A program made the translations under genes and the position numbers. A DNA stretch of 64,000 bases, from assembly GCA_050084985.1 (NCBI GenBank), contig JBITNC010000001.1:184636001-184700000 (forward strand). Reading direction: 5' to 3'. This document shows, one piece after another, positions 46,701 through 58,400 of the stretch; positions within the stretch are counted from its first letter, which is position 1, and each line of letters opens with the position of its first letter. Source of the stretch: Nageia nagi (lineage: Eukaryota; Plantae; Pinophyta). Below the pieces are notes generated by a model that had not been told where the DNA came from, searched no databases, and saw only the letters and a list, made by a program, of their open reading frames with translations.

Positions 46701-49700
46701 CTCATCGAGACTTCCCATCTTGGTAGGATGGAGCTGAATGGATCATTCCTCCCATCTTGAGGATGGGAAAGGTTTGATCTAGGGAATTTGGTGATTTTAC
46801 CTACAGGTGTTTGATACTAATATGTTGATGAAGTAGTATTGGACATCGCCTTCAAGGTTGGGAAGCTAAGAGGGTCATTGATGTGGACATCAACACTCCT
46901 TTAAGTGGGGGAGAATGTGAGATGGTGACCTCTCATGACCTAAGGTGTGAGTGGTTCTAGACCAAAACCTCTAATACATGAGGATACATTTTGAACCTAA
47001 CTACTATGTAGAGGAATCATGGCAAACTTTGTGAGAGAGTCTATTCTAATGGTTGTACTAATGGGATAATCAAGGTGAATAAAGCTCAAGGGGACCTTAG
47101 GGGTGATTCCCATATGAAGTTCATTGGTTGGGAGGTGAGTAGAGTTTCCATTAGGTTCTCATTAGTGGTGCATGATGATGTGAATCTTGGAGCTCGAGAG
47201 GCCGAGATGAGCCATAAAGGTCATGGCCTTTGGCAATGTGTGACTATGGAATTGATAGATGTTAGATAAGGCTTAGCTTGGGTAGGCCATTGAGGTTCTA
47301 TACATGGGTTGCTGCATAATACCGAGCTTGGGTCATGTCCTTAGGGGTGGCTCAAGCTAGTACTATCACACCTATACCCATGAAGTCTATATATCTAGTA
47401 TGTTAATGCAATATCTATTGGGTCCTCCATAGTTTGCTGAAATCCAATCAGTCGAATCACAATTATCTTTTCATAGGCCCATACTTTTAGTAAACCAACA
47501 TGAGTAATGGTGATGTTGAATTTGTCAACACTTCCAAAATAGCATAAATCCCTATAAAGTTGAGCTAACATAATAGGAGCCTAAGAAAAATGTGTACCCT
47601 TGGCACATATATCATGTACTATACATACCATCTCTAATGAAAATTGCAAACTACTCTTGCCCAGAGATAAATATGTGCAAATAATAAAGGTAATTAAAAG
47701 TATTAAATGCTTAAAAGGAGAGGATAAACTTACACACTTCGTGCAAGTGGGAGGCACTATGTTCCTATTTATGGTCCTCCTCCCTTGTGAGCCACATAGA
47801 AAAATGTTTCCTATCATCATTGTCTAAAATATTGGCATGGTGGACTAGCCAACCTCAAATTGGAATCCCCTAAATGCAGTAAACATCCAACAAAGTAACC
47901 ATCATTTCACCTAGGGGTAAGTGGAAGCTATTGGTGTCTTGGTCCTAACATTCAACCAAGATTATGAGGAGTGTAAGGTCATGTTGGACATAACCAAAAA
48001 TAGCAAGGTCATTCAATCCTGAACACATGAGAATGTCATACCCATGGTTCATCCTGGGCCATTCCCTAGCCTTCTCCAATGCAGCCATGGACATGGCTCC
48101 AACCCTATTGTTAACTTTGCGATCCTATAAAATAAAAATACAAATTTAAATTAATAATTATGAAAATAAAAACTATATGAACATCAAATGAAACTACACA
48201 AAATTTTTATCCAAATAAAGGTAATAATGCAAATAAAGCCCAAAATAGCCTTCATAGGTGAAACAAACTTAAAAAAAAATACAAGAAAATAAAAATTCTA
48301 GGGTTTTCAAAATGAATCTAGGTAAAAAATTGTAAATAAAGAAAATGAAAAATGAAAAATAGAATGAAAAATAAATGAATCCTCACCTTATGCTCAAATA
48401 GGAGGCTTCGTAGGTACTCAACCACATGTCCCTTCTACCTAGTTAGAGGTCACTCAATCACATTGTACAAATCATTTGCCATCTCAGTAAAATAAGTTAG
48501 AAAATTCAATGGCTATGGAAAAGAACTTAAAGGAAAATTAATGAATAGGATTGAGGAGGTAAAATAGAGACACCATCTAGAAGTGCAGTACTCGTAGAGC
48601 TCCAAGGACAAGATAATGATAGGGTAAATGATAAAATTCAACACTTGAAACTATTTTTTATTTGATTTTTTACACTAACCCTATCTAAACAAGTCCATCT
48701 TGAAATTTCAACACTAATTCTTGTAGTATGATAGGTAATAGGGGAAAAATGCATGGAATTATTTTAATTAACAGTAACCTCTTTTTGAAAAACCAATTTT
48801 GCTAAATTTACACTATCAACAATGTCCAAAACATCAAATTAACGTACAATTCACCACACGATGATAAAAAATGGTAAATATGGTAAGATTGAATATTTAC
48901 ATTATGCATTGGTATTCAAATTAATTATGTTCTATTTTTCATGATTACTAATATTAAGTGGACAACGTTAACAATGTGCTTTTTGTAAAATTAGCAAACG
49001 ATTAAAGTGCTATATTCTAATTCTATTATTTTTTATTTAAAATAAGTGAAAATGTTGGATGCTACATGATGAAAAAGATGAAAATTTTAAGTTGTCAAAT
49101 CAGATTTAATTAAATTCATGTGCCAAATTTTGATTTTTGAGTGGATACATATTTTTGGAATGTTGAATATCTGAATGGGTATTTTTCAATTCCAATTGAA
49201 TAGACTCTTTTTTTGGAGGTGAAATTCTATCATTCTCACACTGTTAATGACATGATTAAAGTGAAATTATTTATTCTTTCAAATGTTAATAATGTTATCA
49301 TGGTTTTAATAGATCAAAATGATTGATATTATGCTTGTATGATTGATGCATAAACCAAAGGCATATAAGGTCAAAATGGTTCAAATCAACTCTTATGTGG
49401 AAAATACTATGATAAACTAAAATGTGATTTCATGGTTCCTATGATGCTAAACATTATTATTTACTATGAATTATTTGAAATTCAAGATTTTCAGACTTCA
49501 TATTACGGTTTTCACACTGTTAACAATGTATGTTTACTATAAATTCATTACAACTTGGTCATGTTACAAAATCCTTTAATATCTATTTGAAAATGCCATT
49601 ATTTCAAAAATATGCATTGAAATGAGAATGCTGAACAAAATTAAAAAAGATATGATTGTAAAATTCTATGAAAATGACATCATTAATAGAGTATGATTAC

Positions 49701-50265
49701 TTTCAAAATCAATAAAGTCAATAAATTCAATCTAACCAAATGTGCAAAGTTATTAAGTATGGTCAATGAATATTTAAATATTTGGTATTTTTTATGGAAT
49801 TCAAATGAAATTGTCTCAATTATGCTAAAAAATATTTTCAAGGCCATGGTCACTCCATGAGCAAAATCTCTCACAAATTACAGGTTATTCCAAGCTTGTG
49901 GCATCAAAGGACCTCATATGGTTGATAATCATGGTTCAATAGAATTGTGTCTCAGTGACCATAGTGACATAATGGATATTATATATATTTCATCCTTGCT
50001 ATTTAAATTGATTATTCTTTCATTGGATGTGATCTATGTGGGTATTATGTTAGATTGTTCTAAAATAGGTATTATCTAGGAGAGTAAGACCTAAATAAAG
50101 GTACTCTCCTCATACATGGATTTCAATTTTTGGCTTGATTCCCTAAAGAAGCTAGAGCGAGGGGAAATACAATACCAAAAGGGGGTAGAAGACTTCTCTT
50201 CTTTAAATTTCTTTGGATTATGCAATTTCAAATGATTTTCATTTCATATCCAAAGAGGGGAAAAA

Positions 50266-50984
50266 TGTATATGCCTAAAAATGATTTATTCTTTATTTAA
50301 TAAATCATATTTAGACTTCCTAAATGACTTATTACAATATTACAAATGTCAAGATAAAGTTGATATTACAATGTAATACCATGTGTTATATTGAATTCTA
50401 TATTGTTTACCTTGGTTCATATTTTAAAGTATCATGAATAGAACAAAGTTTATATTATTTCTAGAGGTCATCCTTCACTCCTTTCTATGTGTTTATAGGT
50501 TATATATGTGAGTGGAATAGGTTGACCACCACATATCAGAACTCTTTAATATGATAAGATCTTTGATAGGTGGTTATCTATTGCAACATTTATCAAGAAA
50601 CTATGTCTTTTGACACCACCTATTATGAGAAATGGTTATACTTTGAGCTATGAAACTTTCTATCTTTGGTGCATTATATAATTTTACATATTCAATGTTG
50701 TTAACGATCTGCATCTTGAGGATCGAGCATTCCAAATTTTGGTGGTCAAAGCTATTGATTCATACATGAAAAGATCCATCACAAGCTCACCTCCAATCTG
50801 ATCCCAATTCTTTGAAGATTCTTTGCTATTTTCTTTTGAGGATTGTACATACACTTCATATTAGGTGCATGCTTTTCATGTATATTTGTTGTATCTGATA
50901 TAGTGGATATATCTATCTCTTCTTATATTGTAGATTATTTTATTTATTATGTATACTTACATTTTACACAATTTAGGGTCTACA
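50266..50984 (+). repeat. 3' LTR of the Tat/Ogre-like element
   Basis: Follows the PPT; homologous to 35167-35874; ends agggtctaca. Confidence 0.85.
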
Positions 50985-52713
50985 AATATATAATATGAGG
51001 AAAATGATATGTAAGTAAAATATTTCAAGCATCAATTACAAAATCAAGAAATATTTTAAACTCCAAAGGTGAACACAAATATCTAATTGATATAAATAAA
51101 TTTTTAGATAAAGAAAACATGATTCAAGTGTTAGCTAATAATCCAAATGCATTTCAATAATTTATTTTAGATACTAAGTTTTATAAGAATATCATAAATA
51201 TTTATAAGGGTTGTGATGTTTTTAATCAACAATTCATGTTTTATCACCACAAAAAAGTAAGAAAATCAATTGACACTTCATAAATTATAGTTAAACAAAG
51301 CTCCCATTTTAGATAAAGTTAGTATAATATAATTTTTAATCAATAATCTTAATGTTATTTAGCTAGTTATCTTAAATAAAAGGTTTATAAAAATATTATT
51401 GATATTTTTAGAACATATAATGTTTCAAATCCATTATCTCATTTGGATGAGTACAAATATAATGTTGATGCTTTGATTGTGAGACCTTATCAACAAAAAA
51501 ATTGATTATAAATTAAAGTACCAATTCATTATTTTATAATAAAAATTATACTTCCCCATTCTTCTCCTCCAAAACTATCCCTCTCATCACATTATGCATC
51601 ATGTGATGATGCATGATTAGAACCATGCACCTACACATGGAAGTCAAATACTTCAATTATAGAAATCATATTGAGATTTTGGGATACAAAATAGAGATAA
51701 CTTTATATATTTAAATGGATAAATTAAAAATAGAACCATATGGAATGTAAATATAGGAAGTTATGATAAACTAATGTAAGAAACTAATCCATAATTAAAT
51801 AAAAAAAATATTTAAGAAGCAATCGAAATAGAACATGAATAGGATCAATAGTAGAGACAAGACATTGTAATTGAGGATTAAAATGAAAAATCTATAGAAA
51901 TTGTTTTACATATTGATGAATAAAAAGAAAATAATAATGATCAATAACACCAAATAGGGTCTATTTAAAGACAATTAGAAAAGATTGATGGATGGATAAA
52001 TGATGAGCATGAGGTTAAGAAAAAATAATAATTAACACATGATGATAATAGATTTCAAAAAATAAAATCTTATTGACCAATACAAAATATTGGATTCACT
52101 TATTATAAACTTAAATAATTTCTCACAAAAATGGGAATATCTTTCTAACATAAGGCCTCAAATTGATAAAGGTAGAAGAATTATTTCATAGCCTAGTATA
52201 AGTAAATCTTGAATTGATCAAATTTAGTCATAATAGTAGTTTCCACCATAATTCTTTATTTTAAAATAAAAAAAATATTAATTAAGGAACAATTACAAGA
52301 TATAAAGTACATATTTGATAATATAAATAAGATAAGATTGATGAAGATGACAACAATCGATTATACTTTAGAATACAAAAGAAGTTATACACCCACATGA
52401 GGGAAGCTTGAAATATTTGAAGTTATACACTTCCACTTGGTGGTGAGTAATACAATGGCTCAATAGGTTGATCTTTGAAATGTGGATAGTTATAAGATAC
52501 TAAATAGTTTATTAAAACCTCAATAATAAATAAATATTCCTTAAGAGGTGATTTTTAAAGATATGTATAGCCTAAATAAAAAAGAGAATTGAATATCACA
52601 TGACTTTATCAAAATATTACTATTTATCTTCCTATTAATAATAAGGACAAGATATGTGCTCTCGTGGAGCCTATATTGCAAAAGTACAAAATTGAATTTT
52701 GTATAGATGTTGA

Positions 52714-52904
52714 TTTTTTTTTTTGTATGAAGAAGACAATGTTCTTACACAATGAAGGTTTGTAGGGAATTAACACCCACCATTTATTACATTAGTTATA
52801 TCCACTTGCAAGTGAGGGGGTGAGATTTGAACATGGGGTCTCCCGTGAACAACTCAAGAGATTTCAACTACCCCTCTCACCAACTCCCCTACACTTGCTG
52901 GATT
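52714..52904 (-). mobile_element. tRNA-derived SINE (~190 bp)
   Basis: On minus: A-box-like TGGTGAGAGGGG, B-box GTTCAAATC, A11 tail (T run 52714-52724), TSD GATGTTGA(TTTT) at 52706 and 52905. Confidence 0.75.
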
Positions 52905-53297
52905 GATGTTGATTTTCCATTATATGAGTTTTTAGAAAATATGATTAAGAAAGAAAGTTTTATTTTATGTTATCAGATGAGAAAGAAAAAAAATTCACAT
53001 AAATCAATCTTAGAATTCAAGAAGGAAGAGACATAGAAAGAAGAGTCAAAAGAGAGAAAAGTTTTTATATAAGTAAACAAAAAAAATAGAAAAGACACTA
53101 AGTTCTTTTCTATAAAACATAAAATTTACATCATCAAAAGAATAAATTGATTTGGTATTAAGCAAGTTGGTTGCACATGACCTTCTTAAGTTATCTCTTG
53201 CACTTAATAGACAACATAGTTTCAAGAAGGGATTACCACTAAGGTATAAATTTGAGCACTATTGTAATTGTCATAACCAAATAGGATGATTGGAAAA

Positions 53298-53666
53298 GGA
53301 TTGTAACATATTATAACATACAAATTAATATTTAGTTGATAAAAATTATATCTCCTTTGATGTTTAAAAATAAGAAGCTAATACTACATTTAGTCCAATA
53401 CATGAGCAAAATCAACATTTGGGCATCTACACTAACCTCTTTTTGAAGTTTACAAAACCAAAAGAAGTGGAGAACGTGGTTGGATAAAATATTTGACACT
53501 TGATAAGGATGGTAACATATTATAAAATAAAACTTAATATTTAACATATTATAATATAAAATTTAATATTTAGTTAATAAAAATTTGATCTCTTTTGATG
53601 ATGAAAAAGAAGAAGCTAACACTAAATGTAGTCCTGCACATGACCAAAATCAACATTTGGGCATCT
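53298..53666. repeat. Two diverged tandem copies of a ~210-240 bp unit; second copy cut by the LTR at 53667
   Basis: Shared gtaacatattataa ... aagaagctaa ... aaaatcaacatttgggcatct at ~53300-53428 and ~53508-53666. Confidence 0.75.
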
Positions 53667-55430
53667 TGTTAACACATAAAAAATAATTTTGCTTTAATTA
53701 AAATACCATTTTAGGTATTCAAAGGCATTTATTTAATTTATTAAATAAATGCTTCTATCAATGTTCACTCTCATCTACCTTTATGTTTTATGATAACAGG
53801 TCAGCTTAGTATCACAATAAGCCTAAGGAGGAGCCTTAGCACTAGACCTGTTACTTATAAAGGTGGAAGGGTTATGCATGATCAAATATATGAAATAATC
53901 TCAAATCATTTATAGGTGACAATATACTTGTATCATTATTTGTCAATTTTTCTTAATTCCAATTATCATTTCTCAATTTTGTTATACTTTGAGCTCTGCA
54001 TTACTACAATATTTCATCCATTCATGAATGATATTTCATGCATCAAAAATGAGATGAAAATATCATATATTGGATTCCTAGCATCAACACTAGGTTAATG
54101 TTGGGTTCATGGCTCCATTCTTTGGAGAAGGTCATCGTTCATCCTATTTCAATTGGATATTGCCTTCGATCGTTATTATAGGTAAAGTACAAGTTTGTAT
54201 CTTTTGTAAATCCAATTTGATAGGACAAGGTCAATTAGATCATTATCATATTTCATATCATTATTTTTATATTATTTCATGATTAATTGGTTAAATTTAA
54301 TATTATTTAAATAATCCTAATAATTATTATTTTAGTTATAACAATTGGTGATCCAATTTCTTTTTGATACATAGTGTTATCCCTCACTAGTTGCACTAAA
54401 ATCTTAGGATTTTGGATAGGACTAATCTTTCATTTCAAGTATTTTAGAAATGAAACCAACTGAGTTTATTTCCATGTTCAATAGCTTTGATAAGGGAACC
54501 AAAGCTAATATGAAGATAATGCTATATGGAAATGAAGAAAGAAGTGAGGCCTATAATATTGGGAACAACCATTGATCTATTGGAGCTACTCCACCCATAT
54601 GTAATGAGATTCATAATACTAGGCTATCAAAATTACAAGTGGAACCTATTTTTGATACATATAATGGTGAGGGAGATCCTATGGATCATATCAAAGCTTT
54701 CAATATGTTGAATTAAAATTTGGGATAAATGATAATTTGATGGTGAATTACTTCCCTATTATATTCAAAGGTGATGCACTCAACTAGTTCTTCTCTTCAC
54801 CTTTTAAATCCATTAATTTCTATACATAACTTATCTCCAAATTTTATATCCATTTCAAATATCATGCTCCTATATAATTGATAGTTTTAGATTTAGTTAG
54901 TGCTATCCAAGGTACAAATGAGAGATTTGATAAATTTCCATATATATTCCAAAATATATGGAGCATGATTTTTGAACCCTTATCTAAGTCTTATGTTACA
55001 TCCATATTTATCCATAATATCCATCCTAAATTGAAGTTTATAGATTTAGATTATATGACACTAACATTTATAAAAATTGTGCATAGACTTACCCAAGACA
55101 AGAAGTGCTTAGTTGATATGGGTGACTTGAAATATGGAAACTAAGGAAACAAAGGGAGGTAAACATCAAAACAAGGAAGATAAAGAGGTACATGATATAG
55201 AGGAACCCCATATAAAGAGAAATAAAAGAGTCAAGAAAACCAAAATTTTAGGAAGAACAGTAGGTTACCTTTAGTTCCCACCATTATGTTCAAGGATTGC
55301 CTATAATAGGGACTAATCAAACATGAGGCATAGCAAGAACTAGGTCTTCATGATGATAAATCTAGTTGGTATAATGAAGAAAAATTTTGCAAATATAAAA
55401 AGTATTGGATGATAAAAAAATATAGTATGA
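53667..55430 (+). mobile_element. 5' portion of a Tat/Ogre-like Gypsy element (LTR, PBS, gag), interrupted on the right
   Basis: LTR tgttaac..tataaca 53667-54343; PBS-like tggtgatcc at 54346; decayed gag YNGEGDPMDHIKAF..FKGDALN*FFS and WYNEEKFCKY. Confidence 0.7.
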
Positions 55431-58400
55431 GGCATGTACAATTGAATCAGAGGAAGCTGAACCCCTCATGGTATAATGTAACCTCAAGGGTTTTGTTTGG
55501 TCATGTTCTCCATTTCCCACAATAGTAGGGTCCTTGAAAGAGAAGAATGTGGTGAGAGATGCACTTGTATTTATTTTTTGCTCAATCTTCGAGTTATAGG
55601 CTAGTTCCTTTATATTGAGAATGTTAAAGTAACATGAAAGAGATGAAAAGGGTAAGAGTAATAGGAAAGAGATAAATACATAAAACTAATAAGCAAACTA
55701 ATACTACATAGCCTGAGCATTATAGCTCAGGAAATAATCCATAGCCAAGATTAAGAATATTAAACTATCTTACCCTTGGGGTATCATAGTCATAATACAC
55801 AACCACAACTTAAGATAAAATTTCATACATAATATTTACAAAATGTAACAAATAGCCACATATTGTAGAGGGTAAAGCATTATCACACATGAAAGCATCT
55901 TACATACTTGGGTAAATTTGCTAGAATGTCCAACCATTTGGACTTACAACAGTCCACTATTTATATATTTACATTAACCATTGGGTGGTTTTTCACCATT
56001 AATACACTTAACTAATCTACTTGAATAAAAATAGTAAAAGAAATTATGCACAAATGTATAATTCCAATTACAACTATGTTAAATTACATAGTGAATAAGT
56101 ATAATTAGTGCTAAAGCATGAGAACTTGATGTCTCTGAGCTATTGTACTATTAACTTGCAATCCTTATAACTTATCATTGATTGGATTATATTGTAACTA
56201 TAGCTAATTGAAGATGCACTATCTACTAGCTTGATTGGTATGATCTGGCACTATATTCTATGGGTAGCAATCTAATTCCCTTCAACCATTAATGATGAGC
56301 ATTGTAGTTATTGATTACATGGAATAATGAGGGAAATGAATAAGGCATCAATGTAATCTTAGGAAGAATTCTACTATCATGTGGAAATGAGTCATGATCG
56401 ACACATTAATAGATCCTTGGGGGTCAAACACTTATGATCAAGTAGACTTGAGTGTTTTTTACCACTCATTATTCTTCCTCCTATTTTGTAGGCTTTATTT
56501 CTTCTTGGTAGGCTCTATTAATGGTAGGGGCTTGCTTAACACCCATCGATTTTAGGCAAAAGTTGTGATGTCATCAATCAAAATTTGTGGGCCCTATTTA
56601 GTTATCTTTCTAAAATATCTCTTACTAATTTTGGGCAAAAGGTATGATATCATCTCTCAAAATTAAGATGGTTTTTTGAAATATCTCCTGCTAATTTTTA
56701 GTGTATGGTAAAACTTTTCTCTAGGAATCCATAGGCTTTACAACATCACCCGTTGGTAACTTTAACTCAACAAAGACTCTTATTTTCAATAATTACCAAA
56801 AGAACCTATATTCTTATAATACCTAGATTTGACTTAGACACATACTTTCTTTACATATCATGATACATCAACTCTTGGATATGACTTTGACATGATTCCT
56901 ATGACCTATGACTCTTTGTTTATGTACATTTACCAAAAAAATATTAAATTAGATTGTGACTAATTTTCAAGACTTATTACAATACCTGCTACATAGCAAT
57001 TAGACTTTGAAACAAAATTGGTTAAGACTCATGCATATGAATAGTACTTGAACTATTAACAATACTTGAAACTCTTTAGACTTGACCAAAATCTTGACAA
57101 AAAGACTAAGTATAAAGAAGAGACTCCTTTTGATTATTTACAAAAATGAAAGGGAAATAAGAAGTAGGGATCAAGAATAGATTTATTTGAAATGAATTAA
57201 AGAATAAAAAATATCAAAATGTTACCCTATTCTTAGAGTATAATTATGAAAGAATAATAATCTTCTAGTGGCTCTCAAGGTCTTTTCCCACTAGAGAATA
57301 GAACCCTTCACTTGCTATTGCCACTTGCCTACTTAGATGAAGCTTTTGTAGGCAATTTAGGTGATGGAATCAACTCTACAAGGAGCAAGGACTAAATCTT
57401 TTTATTCAAATCCTTTAAGTCCTGATGATCAACTTGAGACAAAATAGGGTAAGCTTATATTTTCATTGTATCTACTCTGAACCCTACCAACACACTCTCC
57501 AACCTTCCAGCATGTAGAAATATTGCAATTGCCTCTTGAGTAAGGTCATTTATGTATTGTAAATATGAAATTTATTTCTCAAAGAAATATTGTTCTAAAA
57601 ATTGAATAGTATTTGCCACCCATCAGTTGGCACTACCCTGTACATCTTTTTCCTCCCATAATTTAGGTGCTTTTAATTCAACCAAAGAATGAAAGAATTT
57701 ATTGATAAAGCTAACTTTTATGTTGATATGGTGTTTATTAATTTCTATACTGAATACTAGCTCCTATAATTCATAGATATCTTGAGTTCTCCTTAAATAT
57801 GTCTATCTTGGCCTAGGAGTAATAGCACATAAATCCTTTTCTATAAGGGCTCTCAACAAACTCTGCATTCTTTCAAGTACCAATCTTGGTATATATAGAG
57901 CTAATTTTTGGAGAGCAGTATGAGTAATGAATTGTTGAAAAGATTATTCTATTTGATTCTTCAATAAGTGGAACTATGATAAATACACCAACCTCTCTCC
58001 TATCTATTCAACCATGGACTTCTTGAAGCCATTTATAATTAGTAGCAACTTTGTATTATCATCATTGAGCACTTTGTTAATAACTAATACTTTCTTCAAT
58101 TCTTCATCAACTTGTTTGGCCTTTTGATTATCTATTACTGCATCTTGAGCTTTGAGATCTTCTATTTGTTTATTTGCCTTATCCAACTCAACTTTGTTTT
58201 TTGTCAGGCTCTTCTTGAATTCAAACCTTTGCTTCTCTAATTTTCCTAGTAAATCTTTATTTTGGTTTTGCAACCCAAAAACTATCTTATCTTTAAGGGA
58301 GAAGTCCCTTTTATGTTGTTCTATCTTCTTATTTAGTTTATCTATCCTATTCTCCATAGCTTGGAGGCTTTTGCTAGCCACCATAGAAGTATTTATAAAG

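Larger units (their letters stand above)
40348..47370 (+). mobile_element. Gag-only chromovirus-derived (Galadriel-like) LTR element
   Basis: LTRs 40348-40804 and 46916-47370; Met PBS 40807-40818; PPT aagtgggggagaa 46903-46915; TSD CATAT/CCTAT; gag KELGMFAGERDEKVLENFIWEVNYYL and knuckle CYVCGEEDHIARMYP; only ~200 bp between gag end and PPT. Confidence 0.85.
39398..48482 (-). pseudogene. Spliced Plant Mobile Domain (PMD, MAIN/MAIL1-like) gene, antisense to gag, interrupted by the insertion at 40348-47370
   Basis: ATG 48482; exon 1 48387-48482; GT-AG intron 48125-48386 joins in frame to LVEC*DQDTNSFHLPLGEMMVTLLDV; then MLAQLYRDL and GLLKVWAYE; after the insert IEQYLP*QVLRKF..GIPP; second probable intron ~39661-39764; coiled-coil last exon. 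Confidence 0.8.
35167..50984 (+). mobile_element. Pol-less Tat/Ogre-like Gypsy element (gag + antisense PMD gene) containing two nested elements
   Basis: LTRs 35167-35874 and 50266-50984; PBS tggtgaacccaac 35878-35890; PPT aagaggggaaaaa 50253-50265; TSD GATAT/AATAT (4 of 5). Confidence 0.85.

Noticed and set aside
50985-52700. A-rich coding-like stretch (~51600-52400), perhaps an old gag N-terminus
   Set aside because: Too degraded to assign; no LTR or PBS identified.
52761-52893. Miniature solo LTR or MITE (TGTAGGG...CCCTACA)
   Set aside because: No TSD at those ends; tail and TSD further out define a SINE.
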